A stretch of 64,000 nt of DNA. It comes from a virus. The notes beneath the pieces were generated by a model, which worked only from the letters and a program-made list of their open reading frames with translations, ran no database searches and was not told the origin of the DNA. Positions 26,364-35,449 of this stretch are shown piece after piece. A program made the translations under genes and the position numbers. Within the stretch, counting starts at the first letter, position 1. Every line of letters starts with the position of its first letter. The stretch lies in the IMG/VR virus record IMGVR_UViG_3300025015_000011, positions 102,690 to 166,689 of that record. One strand, written 5' to 3'.

Positions 26364-28074
26364 GGTCCTCTTTCCACTTAGCAAAATCAGTATAGGCCAA
26401 GTCCTTCTTAAGTAGTTTTTCAACATTAGTATGTAAATCACTTTCTTTTTCTACCCATTCAGAATACAGCTTAGTACTTTCAACATCATAAATGACCTTC
26501 ACATCATCCATCTTCACTTCATACTCACTACGAAAATCTTGGGTATCTTTCAGGAATTGGACCAGCAATGGATGTTTTAAATTAGCAGTCTCTTCATCCA
26601 TCTTATCAGACTCAGCATTTACTATCTTCTGTCTCTCAGACCAAGACATTCCATCTTTAATAAGGTCTTCTAGTCTCTTTTCAAACTTAAGCTCCTGTTG
26701 GGCTAATAGTTCTGTCAGGTCTTGGTCATACTTCTTCTTAAATGGGGCTATCTGTTTTTCATACTCAGCCGTCAGCTCATCAGTAGTACTTTTAAAGTCT
26801 TCTTTAAGATCGGAATTTAATTCAGTCTGCGCAGAAGTCAGCGTTCTTAGCTTCTGCGTTGCATCTGACTTATGATAATTTACTATCGCTCCAGCCTCTT
26901 GGGGATGGAGCTTGGTAGGGATAGTAAAATACTTAGACCCAACGACGACCTCAACCTTACCACTTATCCACTTAGCATCTGGATGGAAGTAAACTTCTTT
27001 AAGAACTATAGTAGCTCCATCTACAGTGCCACTAAGGAACTCCGCTTTTTGAATAATTCCACCACTGAAAGTCCCTCCTATTATTTGGCCACTGAAGTCC
27101 CCAGCCAGCCATTCCCCATCATAGAACTTAAGTGACTGTGTAACTTTGTTCCAGCCTATGACTGCATCTTGGAACTTAGCCTCTGCAGATAGTTGTTGGC
27201 CTAGTATCTCAAGACTAAGTCCATCTCTTAGTTCTCTCACTGACTTCTTAAGCTCATCCAGGTTTCTAATTATTATTGAATTCTTTTTTGAATCTTGATA
27301 GAGGTCAGGATGTATAGTAAACTTACCAAAGATTCCCTTCTGCTTCTCATCTAACCAATCCTGTACTACTTCAGCGAACCCTGGCATATCTGTACCATAG
27401 ACTTTAGGCTCTGGGACTAAGTAGACCTGTCCCTCATCTGAGATGAAAGGCTTGATAGCTATCCTTCCAATAGGGTGGTTGATATTCTTATCTTCTTTGT
27501 TGACTAAGTACGCTACTATGGTACCTTCCTTGACATCGTAAGCACAGATATGTCTGAACGTTCCATGATGGAGGTTCATGCAGCTTGTCCAACCTCGGTC
27601 AGTGCTCATTCCAGCTATGTCATATGGGTGGCGACTTAGTACTACCATCGCTGAGGTCTTCTTGCCACTTCTCTGAGGGTCTGACTGGAAGTTCTTAAGC
27701 TCTTTCTCAACCTTAGTCTTGAATCTAGAGTCTTGAGTCTTCTTAGCTGCTTGCTGAAGAACTGAGCCTATCTTCAAGACTCTCCTATCTTTGCCACTGG
27801 CGCCTGACCTCTTAGCGGTTCCAGCTCCATAGTCTACTACCTCATAGCCTAAGTAAGTAAGTATTTCTTCTAAGTCGGCTGGGACAATGGCTGCTTTCTT
27901 CTGAGCCTCTGCTGGAAGTTCCAAGTAGATGCGGTACTTACCACCAAACCACTCTGAATAGCGCTCCTTAGCCCAGTTCTTAGCATACTTCTTGGCAGTA
28001 CTGAGGGCTAACCGTTCTAGTACTAGCCAGTCCTTGAATGCTAGCCTCTCACTTAAGGAAGGACTTTTACTCAT
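26353..28074 (-). CDS. Family B tagged protein with C-terminal coiled coil
   Basis: AFKDWLVLE tag; RYSEWFGGKYRIYL and SRHPYDIAGMSTDRGWTSCM identical to 21930-23405. Confidence 0.6.
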   Translation of the reverse strand: MSKSPSLSERLAFKDWLVLERLALSTAKKYAKNWAKERYSEWFGGKYRIYLELPAEAQKKAAIVPADLEEILTYLGYEVVDYGAGTAKRSGASGKDRRVLKIGSVLQQAAKKTQDSRFKTKVEKELKNFQSDPQRSGKKTSAMVVLSRHPYDIAGMSTDRGWTSCMNLHHGTFRHICAYDVKEGTIVAYLVNKEDKNINHPIGRIAIKPFISDEGQVYLVPEPKVYGTDMPGFAEVVQDWLDEKQKGIFGKFTIHPDLYQDSKKNSIIIRNLDELKKSVRELRDGLSLEILGQQLSAEAKFQDAVIGWNKVTQSLKFYDGEWLAGDFSGQIIGGTFSGGIIQKAEFLSGTVDGATIVLKEVYFHPDAKWISGKVEVVVGSKYFTIPTKLHPQEAGAIVNYHKSDATQKLRTLTSAQTELNSDLKEDFKSTTDELTAEYEKQIAPFKKKYDQDLTELLAQQELKFEKRLEDLIKDGMSWSERQKIVNAESDKMDEETANLKHPLLVQFLKDTQDFRSEYEVKMDDVKVIYDVESTKLYSEWVEKESDLHTNVEKLLKKDLAYTDFAKWKEDHEL

Positions 28075-28330
28075 ATTTCTTCATTAACTTCCTTACTTCA
28101 TCTCTTACATGGCCATCAAATGTTGTTGTTATTACTTTACCACTCTGTAGGGCTTTTGCTAGGTCTGCATCTATTTTCTTTACTTCTCTTATAAATCCTC
28201 TCCATGAATCTTCATCTAGGTCTGGTGCTATCCCTGCTACTTCTAACTGGTTCTTTATTGACTTAACCCAAGATGTTGCGTCTGATGCTTCTTCATTTAG
28301 GACTTTGTTAATCTTCTCTAAGATATTCAT
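28067..28330 (-). CDS. Small head-cluster protein
   Basis: N-term MNILEKINKVLNE. Confidence 0.6.
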   Translation of the reverse strand: MNILEKINKVLNEEASDATSWVKSIKNQLEVAGIAPDLDEDSWRGFIREVKKIDADLAKALQSGKVITTTFDGHVRDEVRKLMKKYE

Positions 28331-28570
28331 TTATATCTTCTCCGGGAATTTTGTTTTAAGTAACCATTGTGCTTGCCAATCTGATATATCATATTCTTTA
28401 TTCAACTTCTTTATTATATCTTCATCTGGAACTGAGTTCTTTCTCCAGCCCTTTATTTCCAGTTCAATAGTCCTTTTAAGAAATAAGTCCAGTTCATCCC
28501 AGAACTTCTTACCAGCCCAGATAGATGAATCTGTTGATAAGGTCTTTTCAATTTTCTCTAGGATATCCAC
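28331..28570 (-). CDS. Small head-cluster protein
   Basis: N-term MDILEKIEKTL. Confidence 0.55.
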   Translation of the reverse strand: MDILEKIEKTLSTDSSIWAGKKFWDELDLFLKRTIELEIKGWRKNSVPDEDIIKKLNKEYDISDWQAQWLLKTKFPEKI

Positions 28571-29088
28571 TACTTGCTGTGCTCCTTATGTTTGATAAAG
28601 TCCTTTTTATATTCTTTTATGATACATGAGTTCTTCTTTATGACCATAAGATTCTCACCATTATTATATTCAGCATTGTTTGAGAAGTTAAATGACCCAG
28701 TAATTAATGTTGTATCATCAATAATTATAACCTTATTATGCTGAAGACCTGAGTGGAAGGAATCTATCTTTGTTACTTCTTTCAGGTCTGTATATGCTGA
28801 GCCTCTGGATGTAAGTTGAGTATCATCCATTACTACTTCTACATTTACTCCACGAGACTTCGCATTGAGGAGAGCATATGTTATTGGGTCTGAGGTAAAG
28901 CTATATGCTAGAACTAGAACTTCTTTCTTGGCTGAGTTTATCTCAGTGACTATTGCTTGAGTTGCTCCACCTCTGGGACTGAAATAAATAGAAGTTCTAG
29001 TCCTAGAATTAGACCCACAAGTTGCTGCAAGTACTGAATAAGAACTGAGAAGTAAGAAAAGGAAGGCTAAGAATAATTTAATTTTCAT
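28570..29088 (-). CDS. PLD-superfamily (Nuc-like) nuclease with signal peptide
   Basis: YFSPRGG, AYSFT, HNKVIIID...ITGSFNFS..AE..N.EN (single HKD); hydrophobic N-terminus ending VLA. Confidence 0.9.
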   Translation of the reverse strand: MKIKLFLAFLFLLLSSYSVLAATCGSNSRTRTSIYFSPRGGATQAIVTEINSAKKEVLVLAYSFTSDPITYALLNAKSRGVNVEVVMDDTQLTSRGSAYTDLKEVTKIDSFHSGLQHNKVIIIDDTTLITGSFNFSNNAEYNNGENLMVIKKNSCIIKEYKKDFIKHKEHSK

Positions 29089-29091
29089 TTA

Positions 29092-30630
29092 TTATTGTAT
29101 CTTTTCCTTTTCTATGTTCGGATTCCCTGTGAGTAGAGGTTTGTTTTTCTTGGCCTCTTTATCTTCTTCTGGTGATTCTTCCTCTTCTTCAGCATCTGGG
29201 GCTTTGCCTGTTGCTTGGTTCTTGAGCATTTCCTTTACCTCTTTAACCTTGTCATCTGAGAACTTCATTATATCTCTATAAAGGAATTCTACTGGGAATA
29301 TATCATCCTTGAACTCAATCAAGTCCTTCATTATATCTATACGGGCTCTATACATTTCAAGGTCTTTCAGTTCTTTCCAGGCATTGTTCTCATTGAACTG
29401 AATAGATATCTTAGTCCTGTTAAGGTTATATTGTTTGTACAGTCCTTTTAATTGAAGGTGAGTAAAGAATACTTGATAAATGAATTCTAAGAATCTGCCA
29501 CGGATTTTATCTACCCACTTGGCAAATTTAACTTCTTCCCTTGATACTTCATTAGACCTACCAGGGTTATATGGTGTTTCAGGTGTAAGTCTCAGCTGAG
29601 GAATCTTTAGAGCTTTATAAAGCTTCTTGAGAAAATATGTTATATCTTCTATTTGTCCAAGATTATCTGCACCTGGAAGAGTTTCTACCCTTGAGCCTTG
29701 ACCATTATCTCTTGTAGGGAAGTAAAAAGATTCTTCCATGTTCATCACATCTTTACCTGAGTCAATGTCACCAGTAGAGGGATTGTATATTTTCTTATTC
29801 CTCGTCCTCGCTATTAGTGATTTGATATATTCATCTGCTTTATTCTTCGGAAGCTTACCCACATCTATATAGAATACTCTACGTTCTGGTGCCCTGGTTA
29901 TCCTGTAAACAAGTAAAGCATTCTCCATCCACTTTAACTGACGATAAGCTACCTTAGCTCTTTCAAGATATGAATAAGCCAAGTTCTTTTGGAAGTCTAC
30001 TATCCCTGAATTGATATAAGCTATCTGAGCTGGTTCAAATACTATTTCATTTCCTGACCTTCTCGCCTTTTGTGGTGATTGTGAAACTATTGATGTTAAG
30101 TCCTGAGTGAACTTGATTGGGTCTTGGTTATCATCCCAATCAACTTTCATTGTGTATGCTGGTAAATACTGAACACCTTGAAGTCCTTTTTCTTTCTTTT
30201 CAGGATTGACCATGAGCTCAGCATATAGTTCACCTTCTATATAGAACTTCCTGAACAAGTCACTGGCTGTAGTATCAAAGTCAAGAACTTTATTGATAAC
30301 ATAATCAAATTCCTTTTGAAGATTTTGAACAACATTTTCATTCTCAGCCAAGTCTGTATCATTTATTCTTAATGAAAGAATCTGATTATCTTCATCAGGC
30401 GATATTGCTTCAAATACAATTTCATCTACAGCATCACCTATCTCCGGGAATTGGCTCATTTCTTTATACTCTTGATGAAGAGAGCGTTTTTCAGATGTGA
30501 TTGCATAAATGGTGTTGGAAAGATACTCGTACCCAGTTGCGCTTATTTCTGAGACGCCTTGAGCCTCTCCTTCATTCTTGTGATAGGGGGTCAGGCTTTT
30601 GAAAATCTTTGATAATAAACCTTCACTCAT
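29092..30630 (-). CDS. gp20: Portal vertex protein
   Basis: YRITRAPERRVFYIDVGKLPK, ETLPG..NLGQIEDI.YF.KKLYKAL.IP, REEVKFAK. Confidence 0.97.
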   Translation of the reverse strand: MSEGLLSKIFKSLTPYHKNEGEAQGVSEISATGYEYLSNTIYAITSEKRSLHQEYKEMSQFPEIGDAVDEIVFEAISPDEDNQILSLRINDTDLAENENVVQNLQKEFDYVINKVLDFDTTASDLFRKFYIEGELYAELMVNPEKKEKGLQGVQYLPAYTMKVDWDDNQDPIKFTQDLTSIVSQSPQKARRSGNEIVFEPAQIAYINSGIVDFQKNLAYSYLERAKVAYRQLKWMENALLVYRITRAPERRVFYIDVGKLPKNKADEYIKSLIARTRNKKIYNPSTGDIDSGKDVMNMEESFYFPTRDNGQGSRVETLPGADNLGQIEDITYFLKKLYKALKIPQLRLTPETPYNPGRSNEVSREEVKFAKWVDKIRGRFLEFIYQVFFTHLQLKGLYKQYNLNRTKISIQFNENNAWKELKDLEMYRARIDIMKDLIEFKDDIFPVEFLYRDIMKFSDDKVKEVKEMLKNQATGKAPDAEEEEESPEEDKEAKKNKPLLTGNPNIEKEKIQ

Positions 30631-30663
30631 ATTCGATAAATATCCTTTTATTTATTTACTGCT

Positions 30664-30677
30664 TATAAATATTTATA
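30664..30677. promoter_or_regulatory. Palindromic bidirectional late promoter TATAAATATTTATA
   Basis: Overlapping TATAAATA on both strands between divergent gp20 and gp4. Confidence 0.75.
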
Positions 30678-30684
30678 TAAAGTC

Positions 30685-31140
30685 ATGGCTAAAAACAAAT
30701 ACAAAAATGGAATTTTTTTCCCAAAAAACAAGGATAAGTGGGTCAATACTCGAATGGGGGTGTCCATAACTTATAGGTCTGGGTGGGAACGGCAGTTTAT
30801 GGTTTGGGCAGATAACAATCCAAGTATACTTGAAGTTGGATCTGAAACCATAATTGTTCCATATTTTCATCCGATAAAGAAAAGATGGGTGAGATACTTC
30901 CCTGACTTTTATATGAAGGTAAAAGAGAAAGATGGTGTATTAATTACCTACCTCATAGAAATAAAGCCCTCAAAAGAAACAAAGCTCTCCTCTACAAGTA
31001 GAAAGAGAGCTAAGACTATTCTTTATGAAAGAGCTTTGTATCTTCAAAATCTGAGTAAATGGTGTGCTGCCAAAAAATATTGTGAAACTAAAGGATGGGT
31101 ATTCCGATTAATCACTGAGGCTGAACTGGGCTTGAAATGA
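30685..31140 (+). CDS. gp4: Head completion nuclease (TnsA-like)
   Basis: YRSGWE..FM.W.D.NP, RYFPDF, IEIKP, N..KW.AA..YC...GW.F..ITE. Confidence 0.93.
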   Translation: MAKNKYKNGIFFPKNKDKWVNTRMGVSITYRSGWERQFMVWADNNPSILEVGSETIIVPYFHPIKKRWVRYFPDFYMKVKEKDGVLITYLIEIKPSKETKLSSTSRKRAKTILYERALYLQNLSKWCAAKKYCETKGWVFRLITEAELGLK

Positions 31141-31467
31141 TTTTAGTAGATGTTCAGCTATTGCTTTTTCTAACTTAAACATCAATTCATTAGATAGCAT
31201 CCTTTCAGAATATTGATATAATATAGCATCTCCTCTTTTAAAAGTCCCATGTTTTAGCCAAGCATAATACTTACTAGCATTCCAAAAATCTGCTCTTACT
31301 CCATTGTGAAAGAGAATTTCTAGATGGAATTCTGTAGTACCAACTTCTTTAATTCCTGAGTTAAGACAACAAATGATAATATCACATAAGGTTTTATCAA
31401 CTGGATAATTTTTCATCCAACAACCCAGCCTGATACCATAATAGATTTCTTTTATTATCTTGAACAT
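31108..31467 (-). CDS. Hypothetical protein
   Basis: GAGGTG RBS. Confidence 0.6.
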   Translation of the reverse strand: MFKIIKEIYYGIRLGCWMKNYPVDKTLCDIIICCLNSGIKEVGTTEFHLEILFHNGVRADFWNASKYYAWLKHGTFKRGDAILYQYSERMLSNELMFKLEKAIAEHLLKSFQAQFSLSD

Positions 31468-31490
31468 AACGTTATTTCACCTCAACGATA

Positions 31491-31742
31491 CTAAATGAAA
31501 CATGATGGTTCTATTTGACTTCTTTGCCTCAGGCTTTGGTAATAAGCAGCAGAGCTACAAGTATCTATCACTTCAGACCAGTCATTATAATGAACATTCT
31601 CTGGTCCTTTTGGGATACGTTCAAGACATTCGTAAAAAATCTTATTACGTAAACATTGGTCAATGCCCAAATCTGTTGGTTTGTCTGCACATCCTGTTAG
31701 TAATATAGCTGTTATTATCAGAATACTTCCTACTTTGAACAT
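31491..31742 (-). CDS. Putative lipoprotein
   Basis: Lipobox LLTGC. Confidence 0.6.
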   Translation of the reverse strand: MFKVGSILIITAILLTGCADKPTDLGIDQCLRNKIFYECLERIPKGPENVHYNDWSEVIDTCSSAAYYQSLRQRSQIEPSCFI

Positions 31743-32242
31743 CTACACTCATGCTCCTTTGATATTAAGAATTCTATATGGTCTTTATCAGTCATTGTAT
31801 TTATATGAGGACATTTATTGATAACAAAATTTGTTATCTTTGTTTTGATTGTGAGATATTTAACTGGATATCTCTTAAGTAGCCACTCAGGAAAGAATCT
31901 TTCCTTGACTGCTTCCCACCAATCTGCAGGAAAGCCATCAGTTTCGACTTTACAAGTAGAGTGTTCTTTCTGATAAAAAAATCCATCTAATCTTATTATT
32001 AAATCATTTGAGATTTGGTCTATATATGATGATACTTTCAAATCTTTCAATAAGGCAGGAGATATCCTATTTGATATACCAAATTTAACTTTATCTAAAA
32101 TAACCTTTTCAAATTGTACGAAGGGCTTTTCATTAAAAGTATCAAAACTTATACTATCCTTCTTCTTAATACACATCTCCGTTCTCCTCAATCTTTTTAT
32201 CTTCATTTGGGGTTGATATAACCTTATTGAGGATGTTATCAA
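31730..32242 (-). CDS. Hypothetical protein (start probably downstream of the ORF-track start)
   Basis: PADWWEAVKERFFP.W motif. Confidence 0.55.
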   Translation of the reverse strand: MITSSIRLYQPQMKIKRLRRTEMCIKKKDSISFDTFNEKPFVQFEKVILDKVKFGISNRISPALLKDLKVSSYIDQISNDLIIRLDGFFYQKEHSTCKVETDGFPADWWEAVKERFFPEWLLKRYPVKYLTIKTKITNFVINKCPHINTMTDKDHIEFLISKEHECRCSK

Positions 32243-32447
32243 TATCAGCAGACTCTGTCAAGTACTGTGCCTTATCCTTCTCATATTTAATATATTCTGA
32301 TATAGCCTTACGTAGAACTTTCTTATCTACACCATGCTCTTCTGATGCTGCTTCAATCCTTTCCTTAATATCTCCCCTGAGGTCTGCCATCTCATCTTTA
32401 ATATTCATTATTGCCCTTGCAAGTGTTAGAAAATTTTCTCTTTCCAT
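32166..32447 (-). CDS. DsbA/GapR-like dsDNA-binding protein
   Basis: DIKERIEAASEEHGVDKKVLRKAI pattern. Confidence 0.6.
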   Translation of the reverse strand: MERENFLTLARAIMNIKDEMADLRGDIKERIEAASEEHGVDKKVLRKAISEYIKYEKDKAQYLTESADIDNILNKVISTPNEDKKIEENGDVY

Positions 32448-32791
32448 TTTATATCTCCTTGTTATAATGTTGTAATGCTTTTTTTGCTATATCAGAATAA
32501 TCTCCTGGATATCTTTGATTAGTATCAGGTAGGTTGAGTATTTCCACAAGAGCTTTTTTATATGTTTTAATTTCATCAGACATTAAATCTATTAGAACTT
32601 CATTACTCATTATGACTCCTTGTTATTCATTTTAATAAAACCAATATATTGCTCTAGTTGAATACAATAAGCAGTGACAGGGAAAGATATACAGTAACAC
32701 GTAAAAGGAACTTTCTTTGGACAATCAAAATCACATGTACTTGCTTCTTCACATACTATTTTTATTCCGAAATATCCCATTAGTTTTTCTC

Positions 32792-33199
32792 CTATTCAAA
32801 AACCACATATGGAAATTTACCAACTATTGAATATTGTTCTTCTCTTTTAGCTCTGAATGTTCGCCAAGCACAATTTCTTTCTTTTACTTTCTTAACATAT
32901 TCCTTCTTTACTTTACGATTAATAAAGGGCCAACCAGTTTTTATATCAACTAAAACTATCTCAATAGCAGACTTATGAGCTCTTTCAATTGCAGAAAGGC
33001 TAAATACTGTTTCATTTTCTTCCAGATAAGAATAAAAAATTCGGGTACCTTCAATTGATATAATATCAAGGTTATCTGCATTGAAGGAAACATTTTCTAG
33101 TATAACAATGTTACCAAAAATATTTTCACTATCTGGATAAATTTCCAACACACCATTATTCCAACTAAGTACTACCCTTTTAAATGTTTTAAACATCAT
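32792..33199 (-). CDS. Hypothetical protein
   Basis: ORF track, AGGTG RBS. Confidence 0.5.
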   Translation of the reverse strand: MMFKTFKRVVLSWNNGVLEIYPDSENIFGNIVILENVSFNADNLDIISIEGTRIFYSYLEENETVFSLSAIERAHKSAIEIVLVDIKTGWPFINRKVKKEYVKKVKERNCAWRTFRAKREEQYSIVGKFPYVVFE

Positions 33200-33216
33200 T
33201 CACCTATATTTAAATT

Positions 33217-33300
33217 TGGTGCCAGGAGCTAGATTTAAACTAGCGAAGCTCCGAAGAGCGGCAGATTTACAGTCTGCCGGTTTTAGTCACTCACCCTGGC
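33217..33300 (-). tRNA. Degenerate tRNA-Tyr(GUA)
   Basis: GCCAGGG/TCCTGGC acceptor plus ACCA; GGCAGA CTGTAAA TCTGCC anticodon arm; long variable arm; D-arm 5' strand missing and T-loop TTTAAAT. Confidence 0.7.
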
Positions 33301-33494
33301 AAAAAAATTTGCTTCAATCATCTAATCTAAGAATATCTCAATATGGCTTAATGTTGTATCATTATTAAATATCCATTTTATTTCTTTAACTACACTATCA
33401 TGGTTTCTTATATTGATTCTTTCACCTACTCTGGGAATACTAATCAAATCATAACTAGTATCTATCCAATTATCTTTATAATAAAAAGTTACTA

Positions 33495-34859
33495 TCATTT
33501 GTTAAACTCCTTATCTATCTCTTTCAATTCCTTTATGTAAATATCTTTCTGTTTCTTATCATCTTTGATTATATCATCATATTCAATCAAAGTCTTTTTA
33601 TTCTCTTTTATCTGACCTGTTAAATCTTCAATGTTGTCCTCAGTAAACACACTAATACTCAGGCTCAGCATATCATTTATTCTTGGGAAATCTTTCTGAA
33701 GGTCTTTTCTAATTGCTTCCCTTGATAGCTTAGTCATCTTTTTAACATAATCATTTTTAACTACAAAGGTTATGAATCTGAGTAGTTCTTCCTTCTTATC
33801 ATTTTCTTCATAAAGGTCTTTGTATAACTTTTCATATCTCTTCTTATAGAACTTGAAGCGCCACTTTGTAAATTCTTCTATTACTTCAAATATGTTATCA
33901 TATATCTTTAATTTATCATTTGTATCAAGCAATGTCAAGTTTTCATTTAACGAAGCCGTCAACCTAAACATCTTTACTAATTCAGGCTGTTCTATTTCTT
34001 TTAGTTGTCTGCTTCTAAAGAAAACTCTAAAATCATATTCATCCTTACTATAATCTTCATAATCTCTTATCTTTTCCTTTTCAATCAACCCATCAAGGAC
34101 TTTGATAAAGGCTTCCCTATTCATTCCAATAGGAAGTTCAATTACTCGAACAAAGTCCTTTTCTTTGTTGACTACACCTTCAGTTTCAAACTTTTCAATT
34201 AACGGATTCCATATTATCTTACCTTTGAAACCTTTATAGAATGGTTTAACATCATCAAGGCTATCAAAATCTATCTTACCCTTCTTGAGAATTTCTATCT
34301 GTGATTTGATTATATCAGATATATGAAAGGGTAATATTTCTGTTGCAAAGCCCACAGCTATACCTGATACACCATTTAAAAGAACTAGTGGTATCAAAGG
34401 CAAAAATGTTTTACATTCAGTATATTCCCCATCATAGTTTGGTATTTCTTCTATGAGGTCAAAATCTTTGTACACTACTTCCTTTGCAAATTTACTGAGC
34501 TTAACAGACACATATCTAGCAGCCCCAATACCTTTACCTGAACCAAGAATCTTACAACCAAAAGCTCCCTTTCCGTCTAAGAGAGATATATTGTTCGCCC
34601 CACAAAAATCCTGTGCCATATTACCAATAGCACCTTCAAGTGCAGCATTACCATGGGGGTGAATTTTCATGCACTGGCCTGCAAGATTAGAAATTTTTAT
34701 ATAATCTTTGGCTTCTTTCTTTGCAATCCAAAAGACCCTTCTTTGAACTGGTTTAAGGCCATCTGATAAGGATGGTATAGCCCGATTATGTAGAGTATAT
34801 AAAGCATATTCACGATATTTAGAATCAAGAAAATCAGTTATAAAAATATTATTATTCAC
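33495..34859 (-). CDS. gp52: Type II topoisomerase, GyrA-like subunit
   Basis: RAIPSLSDGLKPVQRR, HPHG, GAARY catalytic Tyr, LLNGVSGIAVGF. Confidence 0.95.
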   Translation of the reverse strand: MNNNIFITDFLDSKYREYALYTLHNRAIPSLSDGLKPVQRRVFWIAKKEAKDYIKISNLAGQCMKIHPHGNAALEGAIGNMAQDFCGANNISLLDGKGAFGCKILGSGKGIGAARYVSVKLSKFAKEVVYKDFDLIEEIPNYDGEYTECKTFLPLIPLVLLNGVSGIAVGFATEILPFHISDIIKSQIEILKKGKIDFDSLDDVKPFYKGFKGKIIWNPLIEKFETEGVVNKEKDFVRVIELPIGMNREAFIKVLDGLIEKEKIRDYEDYSKDEYDFRVFFRSRQLKEIEQPELVKMFRLTASLNENLTLLDTNDKLKIYDNIFEVIEEFTKWRFKFYKKRYEKLYKDLYEENDKKEELLRFITFVVKNDYVKKMTKLSREAIRKDLQKDFPRINDMLSLSISVFTEDNIEDLTGQIKENKKTLIEYDDIIKDDKKQKDIYIKELKEIDKEFNK

Positions 34860-34894
34860 AATGTGACCTTTCCATATCCTTTATGATGAAATCA

Positions 34895-34923
34895 ATATTA
34901 TCATAAGGAATGCAACTTGTCAA
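34895..34923 (-). promoter_or_regulatory. Sigma70-type promoter
   Basis: TTGACA-17 bp-TAATAT with TG extension. Confidence 0.55.
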
Positions 34924-34976
34924 GAAGTGTAAAACAAAAACTAATATTAAACTATAACCAAGAACTTTTTCAATGT

Positions 34977-35177
34977 TCATTTTTGACTCTCTTTTATTTT
35001 ATTAATAGACCTTTGATGGCTTCTCCACTCTAGGCCTCTCTTTGCTTCCCAGTACAAAAATACATAATCCCAATCAGGTCTATAAAGCCCTAACGTGATA
35101 ATTTTAATAATAGCTACAACTAATTCCACCCAAGCTCTGCACCATCTTATTAGATGATAAAAAGGAGGCAGCATCAT
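34977..35177 (-). CDS. Hypothetical protein
   Basis: ORF track, overlapping operon. Confidence 0.45.
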   Translation of the reverse strand: MMLPPFYHLIRWCRAWVELVVAIIKIITLGLYRPDWDYVFLYWEAKRGLEWRSHQRSINKIKESQK

Positions 35178-35449
35178 CTCTCCGTCTCCCTCCCCTCCCT
35201 CCTGCGGATGTCAAAAACTTCGAGGAGGCGGGTGGATAGCTTCAGCCTGAAATCTTCTACTGAATCCATGACTGTCCATTCTATGCCCTTAAGTGCCAAG
35301 GCTATCTCCTCCAGTGCCTTCCTGTACCTGTCACGCTCGGACTCCAGAGTGGAGACATCCACAGCAATAAAGCTGTTAGTGCCTTCAGCCCCAGAATAGA
35401 TTGGCATGTTGCTCCCGCAACATGGGCAAACTCCATACTTGCTCATCAC
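35174..35449 (-). CDS. Hypothetical protein with CPCCG motif (GC-richer segment)
   Basis: GGAGG RBS. Confidence 0.55.
   Translation of the reverse strand: MMSKYGVCPCCGSNMPIYSGAEGTNSFIAVDVSTLESERDRYRKALEEIALALKGIEWTVMDSVEDFRLKLSTRLLEVFDIRRREGRETER

Noticed and set aside
26364-26441. ORF-track start for the 25293 gene
   Set aside because: Overlaps the upstream gene; the ATG at 26363 has an RBS, the family tag and the standard 11-nt overlap
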